Shown here: positions 10,004 to 19,732 of the stretch, piece after piece | How the letters are laid out: every line of letters starts with the position of its first letter | How positions within the stretch are numbered: the stretch's first letter is position 1 | Source: an uncultured Candidatus Binatia bacterium | GTDB lineage: Bacteria; Desulfobacterota; Binatia; Bin18 | Assembly: GCA_965200965.1 (NCBI GenBank) | Contig: OZ241744.1 | Location: forward strand, 2,432,001 to 2,496,000 | Length of the DNA stretch: 64,000 bases | Direction of reading: 5' to 3' | Made by a program: the position numbers and the translations under genes | Notes under the pieces: model-generated | Databases searched by the model: none | What the model saw: the letters and a program-made list of their open reading frames with translations, nothing else | Told to the model about the DNA's origin: nothing

Positions 10004-10331
10004 TGCACGCATGACAAGAACCGCTCAGCCGGCAATTGCCGAAATGCCCGGCCAGGCTTCGCTGCCCCGTCGCAGCGGCGAGCTGGTATTCCACGAGCAG
10101 TGGGAACGCCGGGTGTTTGCCCTGGCCGTGTCGCTGTGTGAGCGGGGCTATTACTCGTGGAACGAGTTTCGTCAGCATTTGATCGCCGAGATCGCCGCCG
10201 CCGCCGACCAAGCCGCACCCTCTCAGCCGACAGGCCGGCCGCGGCCCTACTACGAAAGCTGGCTGCTCGCGTTGGAAAAACTCCTGGAGGAGAAAAACCT
10301 CTCCGGGCTGCCCGAACGCAATCAAGAATAA
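9963..10331 (+). CDS. Nitrile hydratase accessory/activator protein (P14K-like); true start may be ATG 10011
   Basis: [47 protein letters not shown], resembling the NHase beta N-terminus; follows nthA. Confidence 0.88.
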   Translation: MMTDGYEKNSSFTFARMTRTAQPAIAEMPGQASLPRRSGELVFHEQWERRVFALAVSLCERGYYSWNEFRQHLIAEIAAAADQAAPSQPTGRPRPYYESWLLALEKLLEEKNLSGLPERNQE

Positions 10332-10344
10332 TGAGGAGCGCGCC

Positions 10345-11508
10345 ATGCAGAAAGAAGCCTTTACGATTGATGCGTCGCAAGATGTCCTGACCGACCTGCA
10401 CCAGCGGCTCGACAAAGCCCGGCTGGCCCGGGACTTTGCCAATACCGGCTGGGAGTACGGGACCAACGGGGCCTACCTGCAAGAACTCGTCGCCTACTGG
10501 CGGGATGAGTACGACTGGCGCAAACACGAGCGGGAGATGAACGCCTTTGCCAACTACAAGACACGAATTGACGGCATTCCGATTCATTTCATTCATGAGC
10601 CTGGCAAAGGCCCTGACCCGACCCCGCTGATTTTGAGCCACGGCTGGCCGTGGACCTTCTGGGATTTTCATAAGGTCATTCGGCCGCTCAGCGACCCGGC
10701 CGCGTTTGGCGGAGACCCCGCGGATGCCTTTGATGTGGTCGTGCCGTCGCTGCCCGGCTATGGTTTTTCCACGCCGCTGACCACCCCCGGTATCAACTTC
10801 TGGCGCACCGCCGACCTGTGGGTCAGCCTCATGCAGGATGTGCTGGGCTACGACAAGTTTGCCGCCCAGGGCGGCGACTGGGGGGCGATTATTACCGCCC
10901 AACTCGGCCACAAACACGCCGACAAGCTGATCGGCACGCACGTCAACCTCATGGTCCCGCTGTCCGTTTTTATTGATGGCCTGCCCGACGAATCGCAGTA
11001 CGGACCGGGCGAAGAAGGCTGGTACGAAAAAAACGCCCATTTTTTCACCGCGGAGAGCGGCTATTCGGCCTTGCAGACGACCAAACCCCAGACCCTGGCC
11101 TTTGCCCTGAACGATTCTCCGGTCGGGCTGTGCTCCTGGATTCTGGAAAAACGTCGGGCCTGGAGCGACTGCAACGGCGAGGTGGAAACACGTTTCAGCA
11201 AAGATGAGCTGCTGACCACCATCATGATCTACTGGATCACCCAGAGTTTCGGCACCTCGGCCCGCTACTACTACGAGGCAACCCATAACCCCTGGCAGCC
11301 CTCCCACAACCGCCGGCCGGTGGTTGAAAGCCCGATGGGCGTAGCCGTATTCCAGAAAGAAGTCATTCTCATGCCGCGCAAGTGGGCTGAAAAGTATTAC
11401 AACCTCAAACGCTGGACGCTCATGCCCTCGGGCGGCCACTTTGCCGCAATGGAAGAGCCACAACTGTTCGTTGATGACGTGCGCACGTTTTTCCGCTCCC
11501 GGCGCTAG
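10345..11508 (+). CDS. Epoxide hydrolase (microsomal-EH-like alpha/beta hydrolase)
   Basis: YWRDEYDWRKHE, HGWP, VPSLPGYGFS, QGGDWG, GGHFAAMEEP. Confidence 0.92.
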   Translation: MQKEAFTIDASQDVLTDLHQRLDKARLARDFANTGWEYGTNGAYLQELVAYWRDEYDWRKHEREMNAFANYKTRIDGIPIHFIHEPGKGPDPTPLILSHGWPWTFWDFHKVIRPLSDPAAFGGDPADAFDVVVPSLPGYGFSTPLTTPGINFWRTADLWVSLMQDVLGYDKFAAQGGDWGAIITAQLGHKHADKLIGTHVNLMVPLSVFIDGLPDESQYGPGEEGWYEKNAHFFTAESGYSALQTTKPQTLAFALNDSPVGLCSWILEKRRAWSDCNGEVETRFSKDELLTTIMIYWITQSFGTSARYYYEATHNPWQPSHNRRPVVESPMGVAVFQKEVILMPRKWAEKYYNLKRWTLMPSGGHFAAMEEPQLFVDDVRTFFRSRR

Positions 11509-11523
11509 CCGGCAGGAGCAGCC

Positions 11524-12780
11524 ATGTCTACAGAAGCCCCTCGGGCCCTCCGCCGGCTGGGTGCCATATTCGCCCTCCTTGCCTTTCCCCTTCCCTGCTG
11601 GGCCCAAGCCTCCCTGGAAAATCCTCAGCCCGGTTCTTTTCAGAGTGGCATCGGGCTGATTTCCGGCTGGGTGTGTAAGGCCGGTTCCATTGAGATCATC
11701 TTTGATGATGATTGGTCCAATCCGTTGCTGGCCGCCTATGGGACTCCCCGGGGCGATACCAGAGACGTATGTCAGAATGACGGCACCAACGGCTTTGGGC
11801 TGTTGATGAATTGGAATCTGTTGGGCAACGGCGAGCATAGCGTACAAGCCCTGGCTGACGGGGTGGAGTTCGCCGATGTGTCGATCACCGTGACTACCTT
11901 GGGGGGCGAGTTCTTACGCGACGCCAGCGGAGAGTTTGTCCTGGAGGATTTCCCCGAACTGGGGACGGATGTTGTGCTGCGATGGCAGGAGGCGCAGCAG
12001 AATTTTGTCATCAGCCAAGTCATTGACCTTGCCGCCCCGGTCACCGGCCCGACCACTCCAGCCGGGCAGACTGCCCGGGTCAGCGAGGTCCTTGACGGGG
12101 ATACGGTCCGCCTCAGCACTGGGCAGACCGTGCGCTATTTTGGGCTGAATACCCCGGAAGACGGTCAGCCATTCGCCGAGCAGGCAAAACGCTACAACGA
12201 ACAGCTGGTACTCGGCAAACAGGTCCGGGTGGTGGCCGCCAGACCCGAGCCCGACGGCTATCAACGCCGACTGGCCTATGTGTATGTCGGCGACAGTCTG
12301 GTTAACACCCGCCTCATCCGTGCCGGCTGGGCGCATGTCTTTATTCTTGACCCGCTTGACCAGGCCGAAGACTGGCTGCGCTTGCAGCGTGACGCCCAGG
12401 CCGCCGGCCGGGGCATATGGCAGGCCGTGGAGGGACCGCTGAAAATCACCCTGGTGCGCGCCGACGCCCCGGGCGACGACCGTGTCAACCCAAACGGCGA
12501 GTATGTCCGCATCTGCAATGTCAGCCCCCAGCCGGTTGAGTTGACCGGCTTTGCCGTACAGGATGACCAGAATCATCGCTATGTGTTTCCCAGCGGCCGC
12601 CTGCGGCCCGGGTATACCGCCCTGCTGTCCAGCGGCCCCGGTCGGAACAGCGTCCAAGACGGCCTGCATCGCTTTCACTGGGGCAGAGGGCCGGTGTGGA
12701 ATAACTCCGGGGATACCGCCTTTCTGTTTGACCCGCGCGGCAGGCTGATCGACTCCTGGACCATCCGGCCACGCGCTTGA
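11524..12780 (+). CDS. Secreted protein: signal peptide, unassigned N-terminal domain, thermonuclease (SNase) domain, lamin-tail domain
   Basis: Signal peptide ending CWAQA; SNase motifs VLDGDT, RYFGLNTPE, DGYQRRLAYVY; LTD motifs NGEYVRICN..VELTG and VWNNSGDTAFL. Confidence 0.85.
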   Translation: MSTEAPRALRRLGAIFALLAFPLPCWAQASLENPQPGSFQSGIGLISGWVCKAGSIEIIFDDDWSNPLLAAYGTPRGDTRDVCQNDGTNGFGLLMNWNLLGNGEHSVQALADGVEFADVSITVTTLGGEFLRDASGEFVLEDFPELGTDVVLRWQEAQQNFVISQVIDLAAPVTGPTTPAGQTARVSEVLDGDTVRLSTGQTVRYFGLNTPEDGQPFAEQAKRYNEQLVLGKQVRVVAARPEPDGYQRRLAYVYVGDSLVNTRLIRAGWAHVFILDPLDQAEDWLRLQRDAQAAGRGIWQAVEGPLKITLVRADAPGDDRVNPNGEYVRICNVSPQPVELTGFAVQDDQNHRYVFPSGRLRPGYTALLSSGPGRNSVQDGLHRFHWGRGPVWNNSGDTAFLFDPRGRLIDSWTIRPRA

Positions 12781-12832
12781 CGCCCCCGCGCCAAGCGCGA
12801 TAGTTTCCCTCCCGCAAAGGAGCGTGGGTTCC

Positions 12833-14668
12833 ATGAAGACCATTGTCTTGATTAAACAGGTTCCTGTGGTTTCGGAAATGAAACTTGACCCCGAGACCAA
12901 GACGCTGCAACGCGAAGGCCTTCGTTCCGAAGTCAGCGCATTTGATATTCGCGCCCTGCTCAAGGCCACCGAACTGCGCGAGGCCAACGGCGGAGAGGTC
13001 GTAGCCATGACCCTCGGCCCCCCCCAGGCGAGCGACGCCCTCCGCCACTGCCTGGCGCTCGGCGCAGACCGTGGGGTGCATATCACCGACCGCGCCTTTG
13101 CCGGTTCGGATACACTGGCCACGGCCCGCGCCCTGGCCCTGGCCCTCAAACGCGCGGGCTATGACCTCATCCTGTGCGGGCGTCACAGCACCGACGCCGA
13201 GACCGGCCAGGTTGGCCCCGAGGTCGCAGAGTTGCTTGATATTCCGCAGATCACCGCCGCTCGTAGCCTCAGCATCAACGGACGCACGCTCAGCGCAGAA
13301 CGCGAGACCGATAGCGGCTTTGAGACGCTTGAGTGTTCCTTGCCGGCGCTGGTATCGGCCACCGAAGACCTGGCACCCGAACGCTTCCCCAAAAGGGCCG
13401 AGCGGGAGGCGGCCAAGGCAAAGCCGATTCAAGACATCAGCGCCGCCGAACTGTCCTCAGACCTGTCTCTCTTTGGCACCTCGGGCTCACCGACCTGGGT
13501 TGAGTCGGTCGAAACGGTTGAAGATATCCGCGACAAGAGGGTGCTGGAGGGCGAGCTGTCGGACCAGGTCAACACGCTCGTCGAATTTTTGCTGGAACGT
13601 GGCCTGTTTGGCACATGGGCGGATGACGCCGAGGCGGAGAACAGCGGGCCGCGAGAACGCCGGCCAGGCGGCGGCAAAGCTGTCTGGGTTGTTGCCGAAA
13701 CCTTTGGCGATGTGCTGCGTCCGGTGACGCTTGAACTGCTGGGCAAGGCGAACGCACTGGCCGAACACTACAGCGGTGAGGTCGGCGTCCTGCTGGCCGG
13801 CAGCGGGGTGGCTCAACACACCGCCACCCTGGCCGTTCATGGAGCGGACGTGGTGTATGTGGCCGACCACAAACGCCTGGCTGCGTACACAACCGACGAG
13901 TACAGCGCCCTGCTAAGCGCTGCCATTCAGGCCCACACACCCGGCGTTGTGCTGCTCGGCTCAACCGCCATTGGCCGTGACCTTGCCCCACGGGTGGCCG
14001 CCCGCCTGGGGCTCGGCCTGACCGGCGACTGCGTTGACCTGAACGTCAACGACCGCGGCCAGCTGCTCCAGTACAAGCCGGCCTTTGGCGGGAACATTGT
14101 CGCCCCGATTCTGTCCAAAACCACTCCCGAGATGGCGACCGTCCGGCCCGGCATGTTGAAACAGGCCAGGGCCAACCCCGCCCGTCGGGCCCGCATCGAA
14201 CTGCTCCAACCGGGCGAAGCAATCCCCGACCGAGTGCGACTGGTGTCACAGACGGGCAGAGAAGCGGGCAAGGCCGCGGCTCTGGATTCGGCCGAGATCG
14301 CAATCGGCATTGGCAAAGGCATCCAAGGGCCGGAAAACCTGCCGGTGATTGAAGAGCTGGCCGCAGCCCTCGGTGGGGTGCCGCTGGCCGCAACCCGCGA
14401 CATTGCCGATATGGGCTGGCTGCCCAGGCAACACCAGGTCGGCCTGACCGGACGGGCGATTTCTCCCAAGCTGTACTTCGCGATCGGCATCCGCGGTGCC
14501 TTTGAACATACGGTGGGCATTCGCCGAGCCGGCACGGTGGTCGCCATTAACAAGAATCAGAAGGCACCACTGTTTCAGAACGCCGATATCGGGATTGTCG
14601 GGGATTATGCCGAGGTCGTGCCGCTGCTGACCAACGCGCTCAAAGAAGCCAGGGCGGAGCAAGGCTGA
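12833..14668 (+). CDS. Electron transfer flavoprotein beta-alpha fusion
   Basis: N-terminal half EtfB (VLIKQVP, AGSDTLATA, DAETGQVGP); C-terminal half EtfA (GRDLAPRVAARL, QVGLTG, AIGIRGAFEH). Confidence 0.9.
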   Translation: MKTIVLIKQVPVVSEMKLDPETKTLQREGLRSEVSAFDIRALLKATELREANGGEVVAMTLGPPQASDALRHCLALGADRGVHITDRAFAGSDTLATARALALALKRAGYDLILCGRHSTDAETGQVGPEVAELLDIPQITAARSLSINGRTLSAERETDSGFETLECSLPALVSATEDLAPERFPKRAEREAAKAKPIQDISAAELSSDLSLFGTSGSPTWVESVETVEDIRDKRVLEGELSDQVNTLVEFLLERGLFGTWADDAEAENSGPRERRPGGGKAVWVVAETFGDVLRPVTLELLGKANALAEHYSGEVGVLLAGSGVAQHTATLAVHGADVVYVADHKRLAAYTTDEYSALLSAAIQAHTPGVVLLGSTAIGRDLAPRVAARLGLGLTGDCVDLNVNDRGQLLQYKPAFGGNIVAPILSKTTPEMATVRPGMLKQARANPARRARIELLQPGEAIPDRVRLVSQTGREAGKAAALDSAEIAIGIGKGIQGPENLPVIEELAAALGGVPLAATRDIADMGWLPRQHQVGLTGRAISPKLYFAIGIRGAFEHTVGIRRAGTVVAINKNQKAPLFQNADIGIVGDYAEVVPLLTNALKEARAEQG

Positions 14669-14704
14669 GCGTATCGAAAACCGGAAAACAAGCTTTCTGT
14701 TCAC

Positions 14705-16051
14705 ATGCAGAGGAGCACCGCTCAGCCCAACCTGTTCAGCCTCCCCGCCGGGGGCGCAAAGGCTCTTTTCAGCGATCCGGCCTTTGCCGGCAACAAACGC
14801 CTGCCGGTTCATCGCTGGATACCCTGGATAGCCGGCTTCTCCCGGGAGTTTGTCCAGGACGCGATTGATCGCCATCTCGATACACAAGGCACGGTTCTTG
14901 ACCCCTTCGCCGGTGTGGGAACGACCCTGGTTGAAGCCCTGTTAGCGGGACACAATGCCGTCGGCTTTGAGATCAATCCCTACGCCGCGCTTGCCTGCCG
15001 CACCAAGCTGAGCGCCTGCGAGCTGAAAGACCGGGTAGTGCAAAGAGGGATTCACGCCTTTGAGGAGTTTTCCACGCAAACCCTCCGGAATGGCTATACG
15101 CCACAGTCCAGTCCGCCGGCCGGCTTCAAGACCCGGACGGATTTTTACAGCCCCAAAGTGCTGTCCAAGGTCCTGGCCGTTCAGGATTTCATCTCCAGCC
15201 GGGCGCACAGCCCTTTATACGAGCTCTACCGGCTCGCTTTTGCCTCAACAATGGTTGCCTACTCGAACTATTCCTATGAGCCGAGCCTAGGCCGGCGGGC
15301 GGCTGCCGGCAGAGAAGAGATTGAGGATTTTCCGGTGGCCGAGACGATCCTCAGCAAACTTCGAGAAATGGCCGATGATATTGCGTGGATGAGGAGCCGG
15401 CTGAGCGGGAGCCGGCCGAGCGGCCGAGTGCTGAACGAGTCTTTTTTCAGCGGTGCAGAAAAACTCTCGGCCGGCTCAATTGATGTCCTCATTACCTCGC
15501 CGCCCTACCTCAACAACTACCACTATAACCGCAATACCCGGCCACATCTGTACTGGCTAGGCTTTGCTCAGGCCCCCTCCGACCTCAAGCGACTCGAGGA
15601 GGAAAACTACGGCAAGTTCTGGCAGACCGTGCGCGAGTTGGACCGTATAGACCTCGATTTTCCCTGTGAGGACAGGGCACTCACAGACTCCCTCCGCTTG
15701 CTGCGGGCACAAACCCCCGAGAAGGGGATATACGGGGGCAAGGGCTGGGCGAATTATGCGGCGTCGTATTTCAACGACTGCTATCGCTTTGCCAGGGCGG
15801 CCAGATATGTCTTGCGCCAACGGGGGACCGCCCTGATTGTCATCGGCAACAGCATCTTGCAGGGGGTGATGATTCCGACCGACAGGTTTCTGGCCAGTAT
15901 TGCAGAATCGGTGGGTCTGGAGCTGGTCAACATCCACCTGCCGCGCTCAACACGGGTCGGCAACAGCATCATACAGTCAGGCGTCCGCGTTGCTAAAGCC
16001 AGGAAATCCGACAGACTCTACGAAGCCGTCGTGGAGCTACGCAAGCGCTGA
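14705..16051 (+). CDS. Amino-DNA methyltransferase (SPPY motif, probably N4-cytosine)
   Basis: Motif I VLDPFAGVGTT near the N-terminus; motif IV ITSPPY. Confidence 0.88.
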   Translation: MQRSTAQPNLFSLPAGGAKALFSDPAFAGNKRLPVHRWIPWIAGFSREFVQDAIDRHLDTQGTVLDPFAGVGTTLVEALLAGHNAVGFEINPYAALACRTKLSACELKDRVVQRGIHAFEEFSTQTLRNGYTPQSSPPAGFKTRTDFYSPKVLSKVLAVQDFISSRAHSPLYELYRLAFASTMVAYSNYSYEPSLGRRAAAGREEIEDFPVAETILSKLREMADDIAWMRSRLSGSRPSGRVLNESFFSGAEKLSAGSIDVLITSPPYLNNYHYNRNTRPHLYWLGFAQAPSDLKRLEEENYGKFWQTVRELDRIDLDFPCEDRALTDSLRLLRAQTPEKGIYGGKGWANYAASYFNDCYRFARAARYVLRQRGTALIVIGNSILQGVMIPTDRFLASIAESVGLELVNIHLPRSTRVGNSIIQSGVRVAKARKSDRLYEAVVELRKR

Positions 16052-16246
16052 CTTATGGCGCGCTATTTTCTCGACGATACTCTGAAGCCCTGGAGGTGGA
16101 CCCGTGAGCCGATCTGCCCACTCACGACCGGGATGGAGGACATCCCACTCTGAGCGCGCTTGGTTATAGCGTCCCTTGCCAGGGTCATGGTTGCCAAATC
16201 CATCAACAAATGAGTTCCAAATAGGAACAGATTGCCGGTCGGGCAC
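16037..16246 (-). pseudogene. C-terminal remnant of an Eco29kI-family (GIY-YIG) restriction endonuclease
   Basis: PIWNSFVDGFGNHDPGKGRYNQARSEWDVLHPGREWA is the typical Eco29kI-family C-terminus; in-frame TGA just upstream and no N-terminal catalytic part; convergent with the MTase. Confidence 0.8.
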
Positions 16247-16306
16247 GAATGGAACAGGTTGGCCGTCTCTCCCTCAGCGCAAGCGGTCCGAGAAGCTGTT
16301 TTGCCA

Positions 16307-17089
16307 GTGAGCGAACTTCCCATCTCCTGTATTGCGCCCCTGGCTTTTGTGTGTGGCGCGTGCGTTGGCAGCTTTCTGAATGTGTGCATCTACCGCGTTC
16401 CGCTTGGGCGGTCGGTGGTTGCCCCCCGGTCACAGTGTTTGCACTGCTCAGGCCAACTGGCCTGGTACGACACTCTTCCGCTCGTGAGCTATATGGTACT
16501 GGGGGGGCGGTGTCGGTCGTGTGGGGCGCGGTTTCCCTTCCGCTACGTCTTTGTGGAGGCCCTGACCGGGCTGTTGAGCGCCCTGATTGTGTATCGCTTT
16601 GGGCTGAGCCTGACCGGCCTGGGCTTTTTTGTGTTGAGCGCAGCTCTCGTGGTCGTCAGCTTCATTGACCTGGACCATCAGATCATTCCAGACGCGATCA
16701 GCCTGCCCGGCGTGCCGCTGGGCGTCATCTTTGCTGGAGTCAACCCCGCTGTCGGCTGGCAAAGCGCGCTGATTGGAGCGGCCCTCGGCGGCAGTATTTT
16801 ATTCGCCGTCGCCCTCGGCTATCAGACCTTGACCGGCAGACAGGGCATGGGCGGCGGCGATGTGAAGCTGTTGGCCATGATCGGTGCCTTCCTGGGCTGG
16901 CGAGCGGTTCCGTTTACCCTGCTGCTGGCGTCATGCCTCGGTTCGGTGGTCGGGCTTGGCATGATGATTCGTCAGCGCAGCGACACCAGGCTGACGCTGC
17001 CCTTTGGGCCGTTCCTGGCTTGTGGCGCGCTCAGTTATGTCTTTTTTGGAGAGGCGCTCGTTGCGTGGTATTTTGAGGTCCTGGGTTAG
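16307..17089 (+). CDS. pilD: Prepilin peptidase / N-methyltransferase (start approximate)
   Basis: GSFLNVCIYRVP, two CxxC pairs, FIDLDHQIIPD, GMGGGDVKL, PFGPFL. Confidence 0.93.
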   Translation: MSELPISCIAPLAFVCGACVGSFLNVCIYRVPLGRSVVAPRSQCLHCSGQLAWYDTLPLVSYMVLGGRCRSCGARFPFRYVFVEALTGLLSALIVYRFGLSLTGLGFFVLSAALVVVSFIDLDHQIIPDAISLPGVPLGVIFAGVNPAVGWQSALIGAALGGSILFAVALGYQTLTGRQGMGGGDVKLLAMIGAFLGWRAVPFTLLLASCLGSVVGLGMMIRQRSDTRLTLPFGPFLACGALSYVFFGEALVAWYFEVLG

Positions 17090-17140
17090 ACGGCCGGGCG
17101 GCATTCAGCTGTCATTCAATCTGTTCGCTGAGAGCTGGTC

Positions 17141-18958
17141 TTGAAAAACACTCCCTTCCCGCCCGCTTCTGCTCAGGTCCACACCGAGTATACCCGCCGC
17201 CGCCGCGCCCGGCAGACAGTCGTCAAACGTTTGACCATGTATGACCGGCGGACGGGTACGGCGCGGCTTGGGGTGTTTGTTGCGGGTGCTGGCATGGCGT
17301 GGTTCGTGTGTCACCCGGGCCTGCTGGCGTGGTGGTGGCTGATTGGGCCGGCCCTGCTGTTTGTCGGGCTGGTCGTGGTGCATGAACAGATGAGACGCCG
17401 TCTGCGTTTGGCCGAGCGGAGCGTCGCCTTCTATGACAGGGGCCTGGCCCGCCTGGAGGACCGCTGGGCGGGCAGCGGGGAAGCCGGTCTGGATTTTCTT
17501 GAGGAGGGCCATCCGTATGCGACAGACCTTGACCTGTTTGGAGCCGGGTCGGTGTTTGAGTTGTTGTGTACCGCCCGGACACGCGGCGGGGAGCGCACGC
17601 TGGCGGCCTGGTTGCAGACACCGGCAGAACCACAGGAAGTTCAGGCCCGTCAAGCCACGGTTGAGGAACTCCGGCCTCAACTCGATTTACGCGAAGAGCT
17701 GGTCCTGCACGGGGCAGAGGTGCGGGCCGGCATTGACCCGGATGTGTTGGTCAACATTGCCGGGCAGAGGGGCATTCGCCTGGCCTGCCTGTTTCAGGCG
17801 CGTGTGCTGGCCGCAACGCTGGCGGCCAGCTCAGTCGTGTGTCTGCTGGGCTGGCAGTTAGCGTATTGGGGCGGCCTGCCCTTTCTCATTGCGGCCAGCC
17901 TGGCTGGGGTATATGCGCTTGGCCTTCGGCCTCAGATCAAGCGGGCCACGGCCGGCATTGAACGTTTGCTCCACGACCTGTCGGTGCTGTCCGATATTCT
18001 CGTCTGTCTTGAAAACCAGCAATTCAGCAGCCCACGCCTGAGAACACTGCAAAACCGGCTGGCGAGCAGCACGCGTCCCCCATCCCGCCAGATTCTTCAG
18101 CTTCGCCGGCGTGTTGCTCTCCTCGAATCGCGCAAAAATCAGTTTTTTGTCCCGCTCGCGGCACTCTTGCTGTGGACCACCCAGGTGGGGCTGGCGATTG
18201 AAGCCTGGCGCAGAACTTCCGGCCAGACTATTGCGGCATGGCTGAGGGTAGTTGGCGAGTTTGAGGCCCTGTCTGCCCTGGCCAGCTATGCCTACGAGCA
18301 CCCCGCCGACCCGTTTCCAGAGATTGTTCCAACAGGGCCGTATTTTGAAGGTTTGCGGCTGGGGCATCCGCTCCTGCCCGAGACGAGCTGTGTCAGGAAC
18401 GATGTACGGCTGGGCGATCCGCTCCGGGTCCTGGTCGTGAGCGGATCGAACATGTCGGGCAAGAGCACCCTGCTCAGAACGGTCGGGACCAATACCGTGT
18501 TAGCACTGGCCGGTGCGCCTGTCCGCGCCCAGTCGCTGCGGCTGTCGCCGCTGATGCCAGGCGCAAGCCTGCGCATTCAGGACTCATTACAGGCCGGCAG
18601 CTCGCGTTTCTATGCCGAAATCACGCGGCTGAGTCAGATCATGGCTCTCACCCGGGCCGACGTTCCGGTCCTGTTTCTGCTGGACGAGCTGTTACACGGC
18701 ACCAACTCCCACGACCGCCGCCGCGGGGCCGAAGCCCTGGTCCGCGGCCTGCTCGAACGCAACGCGGTCGGCCTGGTGACCACCCACGATCTGGCCCTGA
18801 CCAATGTAGCCACAGCCCTGGCTCCCCGGGCCGCCACAGTCTGTTTTGAAGATTTTTTTGAGGATGGCCGGCTGCATTTTGACTATCGGATGCGCCCGGG
18901 TGTTGTTGCTAAGAGCAACGCGCTGGCGCTGATGCGTTCGGTCGGTCTGGAGGTCTGA
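17141..18958 (+). CDS. MutS domain V family ATPase with TM segments
   Basis: HPYATDLDLFG, SGSNMSGKST, SRFYAEI, LLDELLHGTNS, TTHDL. Confidence 0.88.
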   Translation: MKNTPFPPASAQVHTEYTRRRRARQTVVKRLTMYDRRTGTARLGVFVAGAGMAWFVCHPGLLAWWWLIGPALLFVGLVVVHEQMRRRLRLAERSVAFYDRGLARLEDRWAGSGEAGLDFLEEGHPYATDLDLFGAGSVFELLCTARTRGGERTLAAWLQTPAEPQEVQARQATVEELRPQLDLREELVLHGAEVRAGIDPDVLVNIAGQRGIRLACLFQARVLAATLAASSVVCLLGWQLAYWGGLPFLIAASLAGVYALGLRPQIKRATAGIERLLHDLSVLSDILVCLENQQFSSPRLRTLQNRLASSTRPPSRQILQLRRRVALLESRKNQFFVPLAALLLWTTQVGLAIEAWRRTSGQTIAAWLRVVGEFEALSALASYAYEHPADPFPEIVPTGPYFEGLRLGHPLLPETSCVRNDVRLGDPLRVLVVSGSNMSGKSTLLRTVGTNTVLALAGAPVRAQSLRLSPLMPGASLRIQDSLQAGSSRFYAEITRLSQIMALTRADVPVLFLLDELLHGTNSHDRRRGAEALVRGLLERNAVGLVTTHDLALTNVATALAPRAATVCFEDFFEDGRLHFDYRMRPGVVAKSNALALMRSVGLEV

Positions 18959-19024
18959 GCGCCGCTGGCGAGCAGGTCCGATTTTCGCTATGCTCCACCA
19001 TGCGGATACGCAGTGAGGAGGGCG

Positions 19025-19681
19025 ATGGCTGGATTTTTTCTCACCTTTGAGGGCGGTGAGGGCGGTGGCAAGACAACCCAGGCCTCTCTCTTGGCCGAGG
19101 CGCTGCGGGAGCGGGGCCACACGGTCCTTGTCACCCATGAGCCCGGTGGCTCTGCGGTCGGAAAAGTCCTGCGCCGGCTGGTATTAGAACCCGACGGGCT
19201 GCGGCTGGCCGCGGAGGCGGAAGTGCTGCTGCTGCTGGCCGATCGGGCACAGCACATCCATGAAGTCATCCTGCCCGGACTGTGTACCAACACGGTCGTC
19301 ATCTCCGATCGGTTTGTGGATTCCACCCTCGCCTACCAGGGTTATGGACGAGGCATTCCGCTCGATTTGCTGAGCCGCTTGAACAGCTTTGTGTGTCGCG
19401 CCTGTATGCCGGCCCTGACTTTTCTTCTCGATGTATCGGTGACAGTCGGTCTTCAGCGGGCAAGCCAATACCGGGAAACGGCCCAGGCAGACATCTTTGA
19501 AGCCCAGACGCCAGATTTCCACCACCGTGTCCGGGCCGGCTTTCTGGCCGTGGCCCGGGAACATCCCCAGCGGGTGTGTGTGATCGACGCCGACCGGTCG
19601 GTGGACTGTATTCATCACCAGATTGTGCCGATTGTGCTGGAGCGGATGGGGCAAGCGGCACACATCACCCGGCAGACTTGA
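19025..19681 (+). CDS. tmk: Thymidylate kinase
   Basis: FLTFEGGEGGGKTTQ, ISDRFVDSTLAYQGYGRG. Confidence 0.95.
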   Translation: MAGFFLTFEGGEGGGKTTQASLLAEALRERGHTVLVTHEPGGSAVGKVLRRLVLEPDGLRLAAEAEVLLLLADRAQHIHEVILPGLCTNTVVISDRFVDSTLAYQGYGRGIPLDLLSRLNSFVCRACMPALTFLLDVSVTVGLQRASQYRETAQADIFEAQTPDFHHRVRAGFLAVAREHPQRVCVIDADRSVDCIHHQIVPIVLERMGQAAHITRQT

Positions 19682-19732
19682 CAGCCGGAGATTCCCCTTT
19701 ACGTTTGACCTTGCAGTCCTTACCCTGCCTGC

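Noticed and set aside
9997-11847. Long antisense ORFs (9997-11847, 21228-22502, 51045-52253, 54604-55776, 58868-60538 and others)
   Set aside because: Shadows of well-supported genes in GC-rich DNA; no motifs.
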